A stretch of DNA of 62,601 nucleotides, filler included. It is 5 parts of 5 records of this genome, joined end to end, with 100 filler letters (N's around TTAATTAATTAA, not from the genome) between each part and the next. Parts side by side here need not be neighbours in the genome. Positions count along the whole stretch, not along the records: positions 41,567 to 62,601 come from DRR378314_1443; 4 more parts are not named here. One strand, 5' to 3'. Positions within the stretch are counted from its first letter, which is position 1. Each line of letters begins with the position of its first letter. Below the pieces are notes generated by a model. That model did not search any database and had not been told where the DNA came from. It saw only the letters and a program-made list of their open reading frames with translations. Positions 41,567 to 51,458 of the stretch are shown in pieces. A program made the translations under genes and the position numbers.

Positions 41567-41805
41567 CGTGCTCAACGTTATCTCTGCACTGCCCCCCACG
41601 CGGGGGAGCCGGTTCCTGGTGTGGTGCCGAGTATTTTACGCCCGGCAAATGATCGCGATCCACTACAACCTAAAAGACCTGCCTCAGGATTTCGCAACCA
41701 GGGCGCACGGCCCGTATGCAACACCTCGCCCGCGCGAAACGGGGGTACTCCCGCCCCAACGGGTGCCTTGCCCTGCGGCAAGCCCCCCCTGGTTGCGTTG
41801 GGCCG

Positions 41806-41903
41806 GGCCTTCCGCCCCGGATCGGGGCGGAAGGCCGCACCGCGCGCCCCACGGGCGCGCGGTGCCACCCCCAACCGGCAGGCCCGTGCCTTCGGCGCAG
41901 GGC
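41806..41903. repeat. Cluster of GC-rich palindromes (REP-like)
   Basis: Back-to-back perfect hairpins at 41806-41836 (14-bp stem) and 41837-41865 (13-bp stem), plus an imperfect hairpin near 41882-41903. Confidence 0.65.
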
Positions 41904-42040
41904 AGACGGGCGGGAGCCCTCCCCCTCTGCCACGCACTCCACTCTGACCGATTGGTACATCTTGCGAAATTGTACCTGTGCCGCATTCTCGTTGCCCTGT
42001 GCTTGACCATGCGCGACAACCGCCGGGGAGGCACACACCG

Positions 42041-43003
42041 ATGCGTACAGCACTGATCAATTCGAATGTTCTCGGCATCCTCGCTGCGATTGGCGCCGCC
42101 GTCGCCTTCTCCGTGATTGATGTGACCTTCAAGTTCCTCTCCGACGGTTATCCGCTCTACCAGGTGGTGTTCTTCCGTTCTGTTGTGGCGCTGGCGCTGC
42201 TGCTGGCGATCATCATCCCGCTGGAGGGCGGCTATCGCATCCTGCGGACACGCAACACGCGGTTGCACCTGATGCGGGTCGCCGCTGTGGCCTTTGCCAA
42301 TATCTCCTTCTTCTCTGGTCTTGCGGTCTTGCCCCTGGCCGAAGCGGTGGCCATTGCCTTTGCCACACCACTGATCGTCACCATCCTCTCCGTCCTGTTT
42401 CTGAAGGAACGCGTCGGACCCTGGCGTTGGGGCGCAGTCATTGTGGGGTTCAGTGGCATCCTGGTGATCGTCAAACCCGGCATGGACGCGTTCCAGCCCT
42501 ATGCGCTGCTGCCCTTCTTCGGCTCCTGTGGCTATGCGACGCTGCATATCCTGACCCGACGCGCCGGTGGATCTGACAAGGCGGCAACGCTGTCCTTCTA
42601 TCCCACCCTCGGGTTTCTCATCATCAGCGCTCTCGCCGGCCTGATGTTCGGTCATGGCAATTGGGCCACCGGCGCACCGCTTACGGATGTGGTACTCAAG
42701 CCCTGGGCCTGGCCCGAGGGCTTTGAGTGGGGCATTTTTGCCATTGCCGGGGTGTCCGGCGCAATCGGCGGCTATCTGGTTGGTCAAGCCTATCGCATGT
42801 GCGAGGCCGGGCTGGTGGCACCTTTTGAATATATCGCCATGCCGCTGGCTGTCGTCTGGGGGGTTCTGGTGTTTGCAGAATGGCCGGATCAGTCCGTCTG
42901 GCTCGGCTCGGCCTTGATTATCGGCGCCGGTCTTGTTTCTCTCTGGCGTGAAACCCGCACCCCCGGCCCGCCGCCACGTCCGCGGCCCCGTTCCTCCGGC
43001 TAG
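42041..43003 (+). CDS. DMT/EamA family transporter
   Basis: QVVFFRS, LPLAEAVAIAFATPL..FLKERVG.WRW and APFEY...GVLVFAEWP motifs. Confidence 0.9.
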   Translation: MRTALINSNVLGILAAIGAAVAFSVIDVTFKFLSDGYPLYQVVFFRSVVALALLLAIIIPLEGGYRILRTRNTRLHLMRVAAVAFANISFFSGLAVLPLAEAVAIAFATPLIVTILSVLFLKERVGPWRWGAVIVGFSGILVIVKPGMDAFQPYALLPFFGSCGYATLHILTRRAGGSDKAATLSFYPTLGFLIISALAGLMFGHGNWATGAPLTDVVLKPWAWPEGFEWGIFAIAGVSGAIGGYLVGQAYRMCEAGLVAPFEYIAMPLAVVWGVLVFAEWPDQSVWLGSALIIGAGLVSLWRETRTPGPPPRPRPRSSG

Positions 43004-43017
43004 AAAGGCCTGCCCTT

Positions 43018-43638
43018 ATGTCCATCACCGCCGTCGTCTTTGATATCGGTCGCGTTCTACTCGAATGGGAGCCGGAGCGTTTTTACGACCGCCTCATTGG
43101 CGAGCCGCGCCGCACCGCCCTGTTCAAGGAGGTCGATCTGCATGGCGCCAACCTCGACGTAGACCGTGGCCACCCGTTCCGCGAGACGATCTATGGCCTT
43201 GCCGACAAACATCCCGACTGGGCCGAGGAAATCCGCCACTGGCACGACAGCTGGATCAAGATGGCCAGCCCGGAAATCCCCCATTCGGTGCGCTTGCTGA
43301 GGGCGCTGAAGGCCAAGGGCGTGCCGGTCTATGCGCTGACAAATTTCGGTGCGGAGACCTTCGTGATCGCGCAGACGCATTATCCGTTCCTGCGCGAATT
43401 CGATCAGGCCTTTGTCTCCGCCCATCTGCGCTGCATCAAGCCGGATGCGGAGATCTATGCGCAGCTGGAACAGGGCACCGGGCGCCGCCCCGATGAGCTG
43501 CTGTTCACCGACGACCGACCTGAAAATATCACCGCCGCCGCCGTGCGCGGCTGGAAAACCCATCTGTTCGACCAGCCCGAAACCTGGGCCGCACGCTTGG
43601 TTGCAGAGGGGCTACTGACTGAAGAGGAAGCGCAATGA
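43018..43638 (+). CDS. HAD-family phosphatase/hydrolase
   Basis: VVFDIGRVL, ALTNF, KPD.EIY and FTDDRPEN motifs. Confidence 0.9.
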   Translation: MSITAVVFDIGRVLLEWEPERFYDRLIGEPRRTALFKEVDLHGANLDVDRGHPFRETIYGLADKHPDWAEEIRHWHDSWIKMASPEIPHSVRLLRALKAKGVPVYALTNFGAETFVIAQTHYPFLREFDQAFVSAHLRCIKPDAEIYAQLEQGTGRRPDELLFTDDRPENITAAAVRGWKTHLFDQPETWAARLVAEGLLTEEEAQ

Positions 43639-44552
43639 GCCTGACCAACATTGAATTCGACCAAGGAGAGGCCTTGCTGGACTGGGTCACGCTGAGTGAT
43701 GCGCTTGCCGAGGGGCACAGCCATCCCAAGGCAAAGGTCGACGACACGTTTCTCTACCGGGGCGACGATACGCTGCTGTCGCGGTCTGCCTGGATCGACG
43801 GGCTGGGCATCGCCGTCAAGACCGCGATGATCTTCCCCGGCAACCCGGACCACAATCTGCCGGTGGTGAACGGCGGCGTGAGCCTGTTCAACGACACCAA
43901 CGGCCTGCTGGAAGCGCTGGTGGATTTCCATCTGGTCACCAAGTGGAAAACCGCCGGAGACAGCCTGCTGGGCGCGCGTCGTCTGGCCAATCCGGACGCG
44001 AAAGAAATCTTGATCGTCGGCGCCGGCACGGTTGCGGGCACCCTGATCGAAGCCTTCTCGTCCGTCTGGCCCGATGCGCAGATCCGCGTGTGGAACCGTA
44101 CCACCGCCAAGGCCGAGGCCCTGGCGGCGGACCACCCCGGCACCGCGGTCGCCACCGATCTGCCGCAGGCTGTGTCGGCCGCCGACATTATCCTTACCTG
44201 TACCATGTCCACCGAACCGGTGATCCGCGGCGAATGGCTGCGGCCCGGTCAGCACCTCAACATGATTGGCGCCTATCGACCCGACATGCGCGAGGCCGAC
44301 GATGCGGCGCTGGCAAAGTCCCAGATCTATTGCGACAGTTTCGACACCACGCTGGACCATATCGGCGAGTTCAAAATCCCCCTGGCCGCCGGAACGTTAC
44401 AGCGATCCGATGTGCTGGCGGATTTCTACAACATCGCGCAATTCCCGGCCTATGATCCGCAGGCGATCACCCTGTTCAAGAACGGCGGCGGTGCGCATCT
44501 CGACCTGATGGTCAGCCGTCATATTCTGGATCTCTGGACCCAAAGTGAATGA
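43635..44552 (+). CDS. Ornithine cyclodeaminase/mu-crystallin family protein
   Basis: TKWKTAGDS, IVGAGTVA, VWNRT, ADIILTCT, HLNMIGAY and TLFKNGG.AHLDL motifs. Confidence 0.88.
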   Translation: MSLTNIEFDQGEALLDWVTLSDALAEGHSHPKAKVDDTFLYRGDDTLLSRSAWIDGLGIAVKTAMIFPGNPDHNLPVVNGGVSLFNDTNGLLEALVDFHLVTKWKTAGDSLLGARRLANPDAKEILIVGAGTVAGTLIEAFSSVWPDAQIRVWNRTTAKAEALAADHPGTAVATDLPQAVSAADIILTCTMSTEPVIRGEWLRPGQHLNMIGAYRPDMREADDAALAKSQIYCDSFDTTLDHIGEFKIPLAAGTLQRSDVLADFYNIAQFPAYDPQAITLFKNGGGAHLDLMVSRHILDLWTQSE

Positions 44553-45484
44553 TCTGGCTGCCGGTCATTGGCCTTCTGCTCCTGAGCCTGTTGTTCCTGC
44601 CCTCGGTTCAGGAAACCCTGCGCAGCCCAATGACGGAGTCGATGCGCCGCTTTGCCCGTGGCAGCTTTGCTGAGCTGAGCGAGGGGATGACCCATTTCTA
44701 CTGGATCGGACCGACACGCGGTCCGATTGCGGTCTGCGTGCATGGCATCACCACCCCGTCAGAAGGGCTGGTGCCACTGGCCGAGGAACTGGCAAAAACC
44801 GGATACCGGGTGCTGCTCTATGATCTCTACGGGCGCGGGCTGTCGGACCATGTGACGGGACCGCAGGCCCGCGCCTTCTTTCACCAGCAACTGCAGGATC
44901 TTCTGGCGCATGAGGGCGTGGTGGAGGACTTCACCCTTATTGGTTATTCCGCCGGAGGGTGCATCGCCACCTCCTTTGCCGCCGAGAACTTGCCACGGGT
45001 GCGCCAGCTGATCCTGATCGCCTCGGTCGGGCTGCATTCCCCGACGTCTCCGGTCGCGAGCTTCATGGAGCACCGCCCCGGCCTGCGCGACCTGTTCCTG
45101 CGCTGGACCTATCCGATGGCGGCGCGGCGCTACCTTCGCAGTCACCTGACAGACAGCGACACCCCGCCCGACGTCATCCGTGCGCAGGTGGCGCAGACCC
45201 GGCGGCGGGGCTTTTTCCCCTCCAACCTGGCGGCCATGCGCGGCATCCTGCGTGATGATTTTGGCCCCGAGCACCGGCTGTTTCACCTTCAAGGCCTGCC
45301 GGTCCTGGCAATCTGGGGCGGCACGGATCGGATCATCCCCGGCCATGTGATCGGGCGGCTGGCAGAGATCAACCGTTCCGCCAAGCAGGACGTCGTCGAA
45401 GGCGCCGGACATGGCGTGGTCTACACCCACCCTCAGGAGGTGGCGCGGATCATCTCCGACAACATCCGTCACGGCCTGCACTAA
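44549..45484 (+). CDS. Alpha/beta fold hydrolase with N-terminal anchor
   Basis: CVHG, YDLYGRGLSD, GYSAGG nucleophile elbow, WG.TD and AGH motifs. Confidence 0.88.
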   Translation: MIWLPVIGLLLLSLLFLPSVQETLRSPMTESMRRFARGSFAELSEGMTHFYWIGPTRGPIAVCVHGITTPSEGLVPLAEELAKTGYRVLLYDLYGRGLSDHVTGPQARAFFHQQLQDLLAHEGVVEDFTLIGYSAGGCIATSFAAENLPRVRQLILIASVGLHSPTSPVASFMEHRPGLRDLFLRWTYPMAARRYLRSHLTDSDTPPDVIRAQVAQTRRRGFFPSNLAAMRGILRDDFGPEHRLFHLQGLPVLAIWGGTDRIIPGHVIGRLAEINRSAKQDVVEGAGHGVVYTHPQEVARIISDNIRHGLH

Positions 45485-45523
45485 GCTGCATGGGCTGCGC
45501 CATCCGCTTGCCCCGGCTGACGC

Positions 45524-46765
45524 TCAGACCGCCGGTGCCACCGGCAAGGGGCGTTCGCGCACCGGCAGATGCACGATGGCGCTGAAGGCGCCGACGCCCA
45601 CACCGATCCACCACACCATGGTGTAATCGCCGTAGATGTCATACATCCGACCGCCCAACCACACGCCGAGGAAGCCGCCGATCTGGTGGCTGAGGAAGAC
45701 GATACCATAGAGCGTGCCCATGTAGCGCAGCCCATAGATATGCGCCACAAGGCCAGAGGTCAGTGGCACCGTCGCCAGCCACAATGACCCCATCGCAACG
45801 GAGAAGATAATCACCGACAACGGCGTGATCGGCAGCAGGATGAAGGCCCCCGCCACAATGGTGCGCGCGGTATAGATCCCCGCCAGCAGGTATTTCTTGG
45901 AATAATGCTTGCCTGCCCAGCCTGCCAGCAGCGTGCCGCCCACATTGGCCAGGCCGATGAGCGAGATCGACACCGCCCCCAGCGCCGAGGTGGTGGTGAT
46001 CCCCAGCCCATGCAGCATACCACCCGGCATGATCGGGCCGCACATCTCTGTCACAAAGGCCGGGAAATGCGCGGTGACAAAGGCCAGCTGATAGCCGCAA
46101 GAGAAAAAGCCGAGGAAAATCAGCGTGTAAGATGGATCGCGAAAGGCCTTCTTCAGGATCGCGCCCATGCTCTCTTCCAGTTCGGCCTTGCCGGCGGAAA
46201 CCGGCGCGCGCATCAGCGGCAGCGACAGGATCAGCGCCAGCACCACGCCGGCAAAGACCAGGAACACCGATTGCCAGGACATCAGCCCCAGCAGATATTC
46301 CGCCGTCGGCGCGCCAAAGATCTGCCCCGCCGAGCCTGCCGCGGTGACGATCGCCAGCGACATGGAGCGGTTCTCGTCCGAGCTGGCACGCCCCACCACG
46401 GCAAGCACCACGCCAAAGCCGGTGCCCGCAACGCCAAAGCCCACCAGCCATTCGTAGCTCTGCATTTCAAACGGCGTGGTGGCGCCTGCGCTCAGCACCA
46501 GACCGGCGGCATAGATCACCGCGCCGATGATGATAGCCTTGCGGTCGCCGATCTTCTCGGCGATGGCGCCAAAGATCGGCTGACCGATGCCCCAGGCCAG
46601 GTTCTGGATGGCAATGGCGAGGGAGAACTCACTGCGCAACCAGCCGAAATCCTCGGCGATCGGGATCTGGAACACCCCAAAGGAGGCGCGCACGGCAAAG
46701 CTGACCATGATGATCAGGCAGCCCACCAAAAGGACGGGCGTGAACAGGGGGGCGGGGCGGTCCAT
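45524..46765 (-). CDS. MFS transporter
   Basis: About 12 TM segments with GAIAEKIGDRK, GFFSCGYQ and HQIGGFLG.WLGG..YD motifs. Confidence 0.9.
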   Translation of the reverse strand: MDRPAPLFTPVLLVGCLIIMVSFAVRASFGVFQIPIAEDFGWLRSEFSLAIAIQNLAWGIGQPIFGAIAEKIGDRKAIIIGAVIYAAGLVLSAGATTPFEMQSYEWLVGFGVAGTGFGVVLAVVGRASSDENRSMSLAIVTAAGSAGQIFGAPTAEYLLGLMSWQSVFLVFAGVVLALILSLPLMRAPVSAGKAELEESMGAILKKAFRDPSYTLIFLGFFSCGYQLAFVTAHFPAFVTEMCGPIMPGGMLHGLGITTTSALGAVSISLIGLANVGGTLLAGWAGKHYSKKYLLAGIYTARTIVAGAFILLPITPLSVIIFSVAMGSLWLATVPLTSGLVAHIYGLRYMGTLYGIVFLSHQIGGFLGVWLGGRMYDIYGDYTMVWWIGVGVGAFSAIVHLPVRERPLPVAPAV

Positions 46766-46923
46766 GGCGGTCTCCGGTTCTTGTTGCGCGACAGTGTGGC
46801 AATCCGGCAGCGGCCGTCAATTCAGGAGTTTTGTGTGCATACATCAGAAAAATTGAACACTCAGGTTCGCTCGCCGTGCCCGTGCCGCTTTCCTTTGCAA
46901 AATCATCCGGCTATGGCTGGACC

Positions 46924-47994
46924 ATGACACATATGACTGACCTCTATCAGGCCCGCGTCGATGCCGGGCAGATCCAGCCGGACCCAGCGCAAGAGGCGGT
47001 CCTGCCGGAGTTTGACCGCATCGCCGAAGGCCTGCGCGCCGAGCCGGTCAAGCGCGGCCTGTTCCGCAAGGCGGTCAGGGAAGAGGTCAAGGGGCTCTAT
47101 CTCTGGGGCGGCGTCGGGCGTGGCAAGTCGATGCTGATGGATCTCTTTGTCGAGAGCCTCGACGATATTCCCAGCCGCCGGGTGCATTTTCATGCCTTCA
47201 TGCAGGAAATCCACGCCAAGATGCACCTCGCCCGTGAGGCCGGCACCGAGGATGCGCTGGCGCCGGTGGTGGCGGATGTGGTGGCCTCGGTGCGGCTCTT
47301 GGCCTTTGACGAGATGCAGATCACCGATATCACCGATGCGATGATCGTCGGCCGCTTGTTCGAGGCGCTGTTCGAGGCTGGCGTGGTGGTGGTGACCACC
47401 TCCAACCGGGTGCCGGATGATCTTTATAAGAACGGGCTGAACCGGCAGCTGTTCCTGCCCTTCATCGACCTCATCAAAGAGAAGATGCAGGTGCATGAAA
47501 TGGTCAGCCCGAAGGACTACCGCCAGGATCGTCTGACCGGCTCTCGGGTCTATTTCACGCCGCTGAACGCCGACACCCGCGCCGAGATGGAAGAGATCTG
47601 GCGCGATCTGACCGGCGGCGCGGCGGAGCCATTGGTGCTGACTGTGAAGGGCCGCGAGGTCACCCTGCCCGCCTATCGCAACGGCGTGGCGCGGGCGACA
47701 TTCTACGACCTCTGCGGCACCATGCTGGGCCCGGGCGACTACCTTGCCGTGGCCGATGCGGTGAAGGTTTTGGTGCTGGAGAACATCCCCAGCCTCGGGC
47801 GTAATAACTTCAACGAGGCCAAGCGGTTCGTGACCCTGATCGACGCCCTCTACGAGGCGCGCGTGCGGCTCATCTGCTCGGCGGCGGCAGAGCCGGAGTT
47901 CCTCTATATGGAGGGCGACGGCGCCTTTGAATTTGAACGCACCGCCTCGCGCCTGCGGGAAATGCAGGACAAGGACTGGGGGCGCGGGGATTGA
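46924..47994 (+). CDS. zapE: AFG1-family ATPase, cell division protein ZapE
   Basis: GLYLWGGVGRGKSMLMD, HFHAFM, FDEMQITDITDAM, TTSNR.PDDLY and RFVTLID.LYE motifs. Confidence 0.94.
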   Translation: MTHMTDLYQARVDAGQIQPDPAQEAVLPEFDRIAEGLRAEPVKRGLFRKAVREEVKGLYLWGGVGRGKSMLMDLFVESLDDIPSRRVHFHAFMQEIHAKMHLAREAGTEDALAPVVADVVASVRLLAFDEMQITDITDAMIVGRLFEALFEAGVVVVTTSNRVPDDLYKNGLNRQLFLPFIDLIKEKMQVHEMVSPKDYRQDRLTGSRVYFTPLNADTRAEMEEIWRDLTGGAAEPLVLTVKGREVTLPAYRNGVARATFYDLCGTMLGPGDYLAVADAVKVLVLENIPSLGRNNFNEAKRFVTLIDALYEARVRLICSAAAEPEFLYMEGDGAFEFERTASRLREMQDKDWGRGD

Positions 47995-48004
47995 AGTCGG
48001 AGCT

Positions 48005-48060
48005 GGGGGCGCTGCCCCCGGCCCTTTGGGCCTCCCCCGAGGTATTTCCGAAAAGATGAA
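48005..48060 (-). repeat. Intergenic repeat, copy 2, between convergent zapE and folC
   Basis: GGGGGCGCTGCCCCC palindrome followed by CCCCCGAGGTATTTCCGAAAAGATGAA. Related to 25752-25796. Confidence 0.6.
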
Positions 48061-48073
48061 GGCGCGGTGGGTT

Positions 48074-49345
48074 TTAGCCGTTTTCGCGCAGGATATTGCC
48101 CGCGAGGTAGAGCGAGCCGCAGATCAGCACCCGGCAATCGGGATCGCGGGCCAGGATCGCGTCCAGCGCCGCCGCAACGCTCTCGGCCTCCTGCGCTGCA
48201 AGCCCCACGGAGGCCGCCGCCGCCGCGGTTTCTACCGCGCTGAGCGTCGCCGCTTCGCCGGGGATCGACACTGCGGTCAGACTGTCGGCCTGGGCTGCAA
48301 GGGGGCGCATATAGCCGGTCACATCCTTGGTGTTGAGCATGCCGCAGATCAGATGCGTCGGACGTTTGGGCAGCTTGGCCAGCACATCGGCGAGCGCAAT
48401 CCCGGCGGCGGCGTTGTGACCGCCATCGAGCCATAGCTCTGCCGCGCCTGCGGCCTCGACCAGCGGGCCGGTTTTGAGGCGTTGCATGCGGGCGGGCCAT
48501 TCGGCGCCGGTCATCGCAGCCTCGCAGGCGGCCTCATCCGCGCCGAGGTGGCGCAGCACTGCCAGCGCTGCCCCCGCGTTCTGCACTTGATGCGCGCCCA
48601 TCAATGCGGGCAGTGGCAGATCCAGCAGACCGCGTTCGTCCTGATAGACCAGACGTCCACGTTCCTCATGGACATGCCAGTGCTGACCATAGGCAATCAC
48701 CGGTGTGCCCAGGCGCAGGGCGGTGTCTTCGATGACCTCCATCGCCTCTTCGGGTTGCGGGCCGACCACCACCGGCACGCCGCGCTTGATGATGCCCGCC
48801 TTCTCGCCTGCGATCTTGGCCAGCGTGTTGCCAAGGAATTGTTCATGGTCGATGGAAATCGGCGTAATCACCGAGACTTCGGGCGTGATGACATTGGTGG
48901 CGTCGAGCCGCCCGCCAAGGCCAACCTCCAGCAGGGTGTAATCCGCAGGCGCGCGCGAAAACGCCAGCAGCCCCGCCACGGTGGTGATCTCGAAATAGGT
49001 GATCGTCTCATCGCCATTGGCGCTGTAGCACTCGTCCAGCACCTGCGTCAGGTGATCCTCGGAGATCAGATCGCCCGCCAAACGAATGCGTTCGTGAAAG
49101 CGCGCCAAATGCGGCGAGGTATAGGCGTGCACGGATTTGCCCCAGCCCTCAAGCCCGGCGCGGATCATCGCCTGGGTGGAGCCCTTGCCATTGGTGCCGG
49201 CGATATGGATCACCGGCGGCAGCTTGTCCTGCGGGTTGTCAAGCGCCGCCAGCAGGCGCCAGACCCGGTCGAGCGTCAGGTCGATGATCTTGGGATGCAG
49301 CGCCATCATGCGGGCGAGGATGGCGTCGGAGGTCTGGTCAGTCAT
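48074..49345 (-). CDS. folC: Folylpolyglutamate synthase/dihydrofolate synthase
   Basis: IHIAGTNGKGST, YTSPHL, LEVGLGGRLDATNV, LDGGHN and ICGSLYLAG motifs. Confidence 0.96.
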   Translation of the reverse strand: MTDQTSDAILARMMALHPKIIDLTLDRVWRLLAALDNPQDKLPPVIHIAGTNGKGSTQAMIRAGLEGWGKSVHAYTSPHLARFHERIRLAGDLISEDHLTQVLDECYSANGDETITYFEITTVAGLLAFSRAPADYTLLEVGLGGRLDATNVITPEVSVITPISIDHEQFLGNTLAKIAGEKAGIIKRGVPVVVGPQPEEAMEVIEDTALRLGTPVIAYGQHWHVHEERGRLVYQDERGLLDLPLPALMGAHQVQNAGAALAVLRHLGADEAACEAAMTGAEWPARMQRLKTGPLVEAAGAAELWLDGGHNAAAGIALADVLAKLPKRPTHLICGMLNTKDVTGYMRPLAAQADSLTAVSIPGEAATLSAVETAAAAASVGLAAQEAESVAAALDAILARDPDCRVLICGSLYLAGNILRENG

Positions 49346-49395
49346 CTGGCGTGATCCGGTCTGATCACGGAGCCAGGCGGTGCCACATGCGATGA

Positions 49396-49480
49396 GGGCA
49401 GCGCCCGTCCCGTCGGGGTGGAAGCGAAGCGCCCGTCCCGGTTGAGGGCGGGACGGGTGCTGCCCGACCTTCGGTCAGGC
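49396..49480. repeat. Palindromic intergenic element between accD and folC
   Basis: GGGCAGCGCCCGTCCCG...CGGGACGGGTGCTGCCC inverted repeat with an internal second copy of GCGCCCGTCCCG. Confidence 0.6.
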
Positions 49481-49500
49481 AAGACTTACAATGAAGGGTC

Positions 49501-50463
49501 TCAGGCTTTTTTGTCTTCGCCCGATGCGTCCTCTGCGGGCGCTTTTTCGTCTTTTTCGACCGAAATCTGTTCCGGCTCCGGATCCGGCGCGGGCAGGTCC
49601 CCGTGCACTTGCGGCGGCAGGCCCATCAACATGCGGATGATGGTGACCAGCTCGCCGCGCATCTCGGTGCGCGGGGTCACGCGGTCCAGCATGCCGTGAT
49701 CCAGCAGGTATTCCGCGCGCTGGAACCCGTCAGGCAGCTTTTCACGGATGGTCTGTTCAATCACGCGGGGACCGGCAAAGCAGATCAGCGCGTTGGGTTC
49801 GGAAATATGCACATCGCCCAGCATCGCGTAGGACGCGGTGACGCCACCGGTGGTCGGATGGGTCAGCACGACGATATAGGGCAGGCCCGCCTCTTTCAGC
49901 ATCTCGATCGCAACGGTGGTGCGCGGCATCTGCATCAGGGACAGGATGCCCTCCTGCATGCGGGCGCCACCGGCGGCGGAGAACAGAACCAGCGGGCGGT
50001 GCAGCTTCACAGCCTCTTCGGCGGCGGCGATGATGGCGTTGCCGACATACATGCCCATGGAGCCCGCCATGAAGGAGAAATCCTGCGCCGCGGCCACGAT
50101 CGGGGTGCGGCCAATCTCGCCGGTGGCGACCAGCATCGCTTCCTTCTCGCCAGTGGTCCGCTGTGCGGTGCGCAGCCGATCCGGATAGCGTTTCTGATCG
50201 CGGAATTTCAGCGGATCCACCACGGGTTCCGGCACCTTGACCTCTGCGAAGGTGCCGCCATCAAACAGCGCGTCAAACCGATCCCGCGGCGTGATGTGCA
50301 TATGGTGCCCGCAGTTGGTGCAGACGTTCTGATTGTCGCTCAACTCGCGGTGAAACAGCATGGTGCCGCAGTCGTCGCATTTCTTCCACAGGTTCTCGGG
50401 CACTTCGCGGCGCGAAAAGATCGAGTTGATCCTGGGACGGACGTAGTTGGTGATCCAGTTCAT
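49501..50463 (-). CDS. accD: Acetyl-CoA carboxylase carboxyltransferase beta subunit
   Basis: Zn finger [32 protein letters not shown] and [11 protein letters not shown] motifs. Confidence 0.97.
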   Translation of the reverse strand: MNWITNYVRPRINSIFSRREVPENLWKKCDDCGTMLFHRELSDNQNVCTNCGHHMHITPRDRFDALFDGGTFAEVKVPEPVVDPLKFRDQKRYPDRLRTAQRTTGEKEAMLVATGEIGRTPIVAAAQDFSFMAGSMGMYVGNAIIAAAEEAVKLHRPLVLFSAAGGARMQEGILSLMQMPRTTVAIEMLKEAGLPYIVVLTHPTTGGVTASYAMLGDVHISEPNALICFAGPRVIEQTIREKLPDGFQRAEYLLDHGMLDRVTPRTEMRGELVTIIRMLMGLPPQVHGDLPAPDPEPEQISVEKDEKAPAEDASGEDKKA

Positions 50464-50525
50464 CAAATGGCCTCTGCCTGATTGGCGTTGCGTCCCCAGA
50501 TAAGGTGACTTTCAGTCAATTGCAA

Positions 50526-51407
50526 TCAGGCCCTGATCGCAACCCGTGCCGCAAGCCATGACACGAGGATCACCAGCAGATCCACCAGCAGCCAGGGGCG
50601 CAGCGCGGCAATGTTGTCCATGGCAAAGGGATGCAGGTAGAGCGCCAGCCCGTGAAGACTGGACGGAGAGGCAATTACCAGAAGCGACCAGACATTGTTG
50701 ACGAAATGCACTGCGATCGCGGGGCCAAGGCTGCCGGACCGCGCAGTCAGATCCGCCATCAACACACCATAAAGGGTCGAGCCCGCCACGATCAGCCAGG
50801 CATTTTCTCCCGCCTCGGCCGGCATGTAGTGTCCCATGCCGAACAGTGCCGAAGGCAAGACCATCCACACCAGTGGGCTTTTGAACCGGGCCGCGAGACC
50901 TTGCTGAAGATACCCGCGGAACAGGATTTCCTCTGCGCTGACCTGAACCAGCACCAGTGCGAGCGAAAGCGGAAGCCACATCAGCCAGCGCGCGAGGTCG
51001 AGATTTCGACCCAAGGGCGCGCCCATGCTGTAGGGGGGCAGGATGATCAGCACGGCCACAAGCACCGCGAGGATGCGCAACACGCGCGTTCCCTGCCAGA
51101 TGACGCGGGCCTTCGGACCGATCACTGATCCGAGACCACGGGCGTGCAACCCCTGCACCACCAGCCCCACAGCGAGAATCGCATAGAGAAAACTGCCGAG
51201 CAGCACCGCCATCCCTACCGGATTGGTGCCGTTGATGAAATCTACCTTGCCGGTCGCAGCGAGCAACACGGGCAGCAGGAACTGGTCCGACAACAGGCCA
51301 AAAGCAAACCAGACGACGATCACCAGCACCAGACCGAGGGCAAAGCGCCAGAGTTCCGATTTCGCGCGCGCCTCCTGCAGCAGGAGTTCATGCGGATGAT
51401 AACTCAT
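50526..51407 (-). CDS. CPBP (Abi/CAAX-like) intramembrane metalloprotease
   Basis: AEEILFRGYL, FGMGH and HFVNN motifs. Confidence 0.9.
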   Translation of the reverse strand: MSYHPHELLLQEARAKSELWRFALGLVLVIVVWFAFGLLSDQFLLPVLLAATGKVDFINGTNPVGMAVLLGSFLYAILAVGLVVQGLHARGLGSVIGPKARVIWQGTRVLRILAVLVAVLIILPPYSMGAPLGRNLDLARWLMWLPLSLALVLVQVSAEEILFRGYLQQGLAARFKSPLVWMVLPSALFGMGHYMPAEAGENAWLIVAGSTLYGVLMADLTARSGSLGPAIAVHFVNNVWSLLVIASPSSLHGLALYLHPFAMDNIAALRPWLLVDLLVILVSWLAARVAIRA

Positions 51408-51458
51408 GTCGGCGGGCCCTCTTTGGTCAATTCTTATTGGCGCACAGGATCTTCGATA

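Noticed and set aside
50526-51407. CPBP protease as the processing enzyme for the SSTC peptide
   Set aside because: It is on a different contig next to accD; there is no evidence of linkage.
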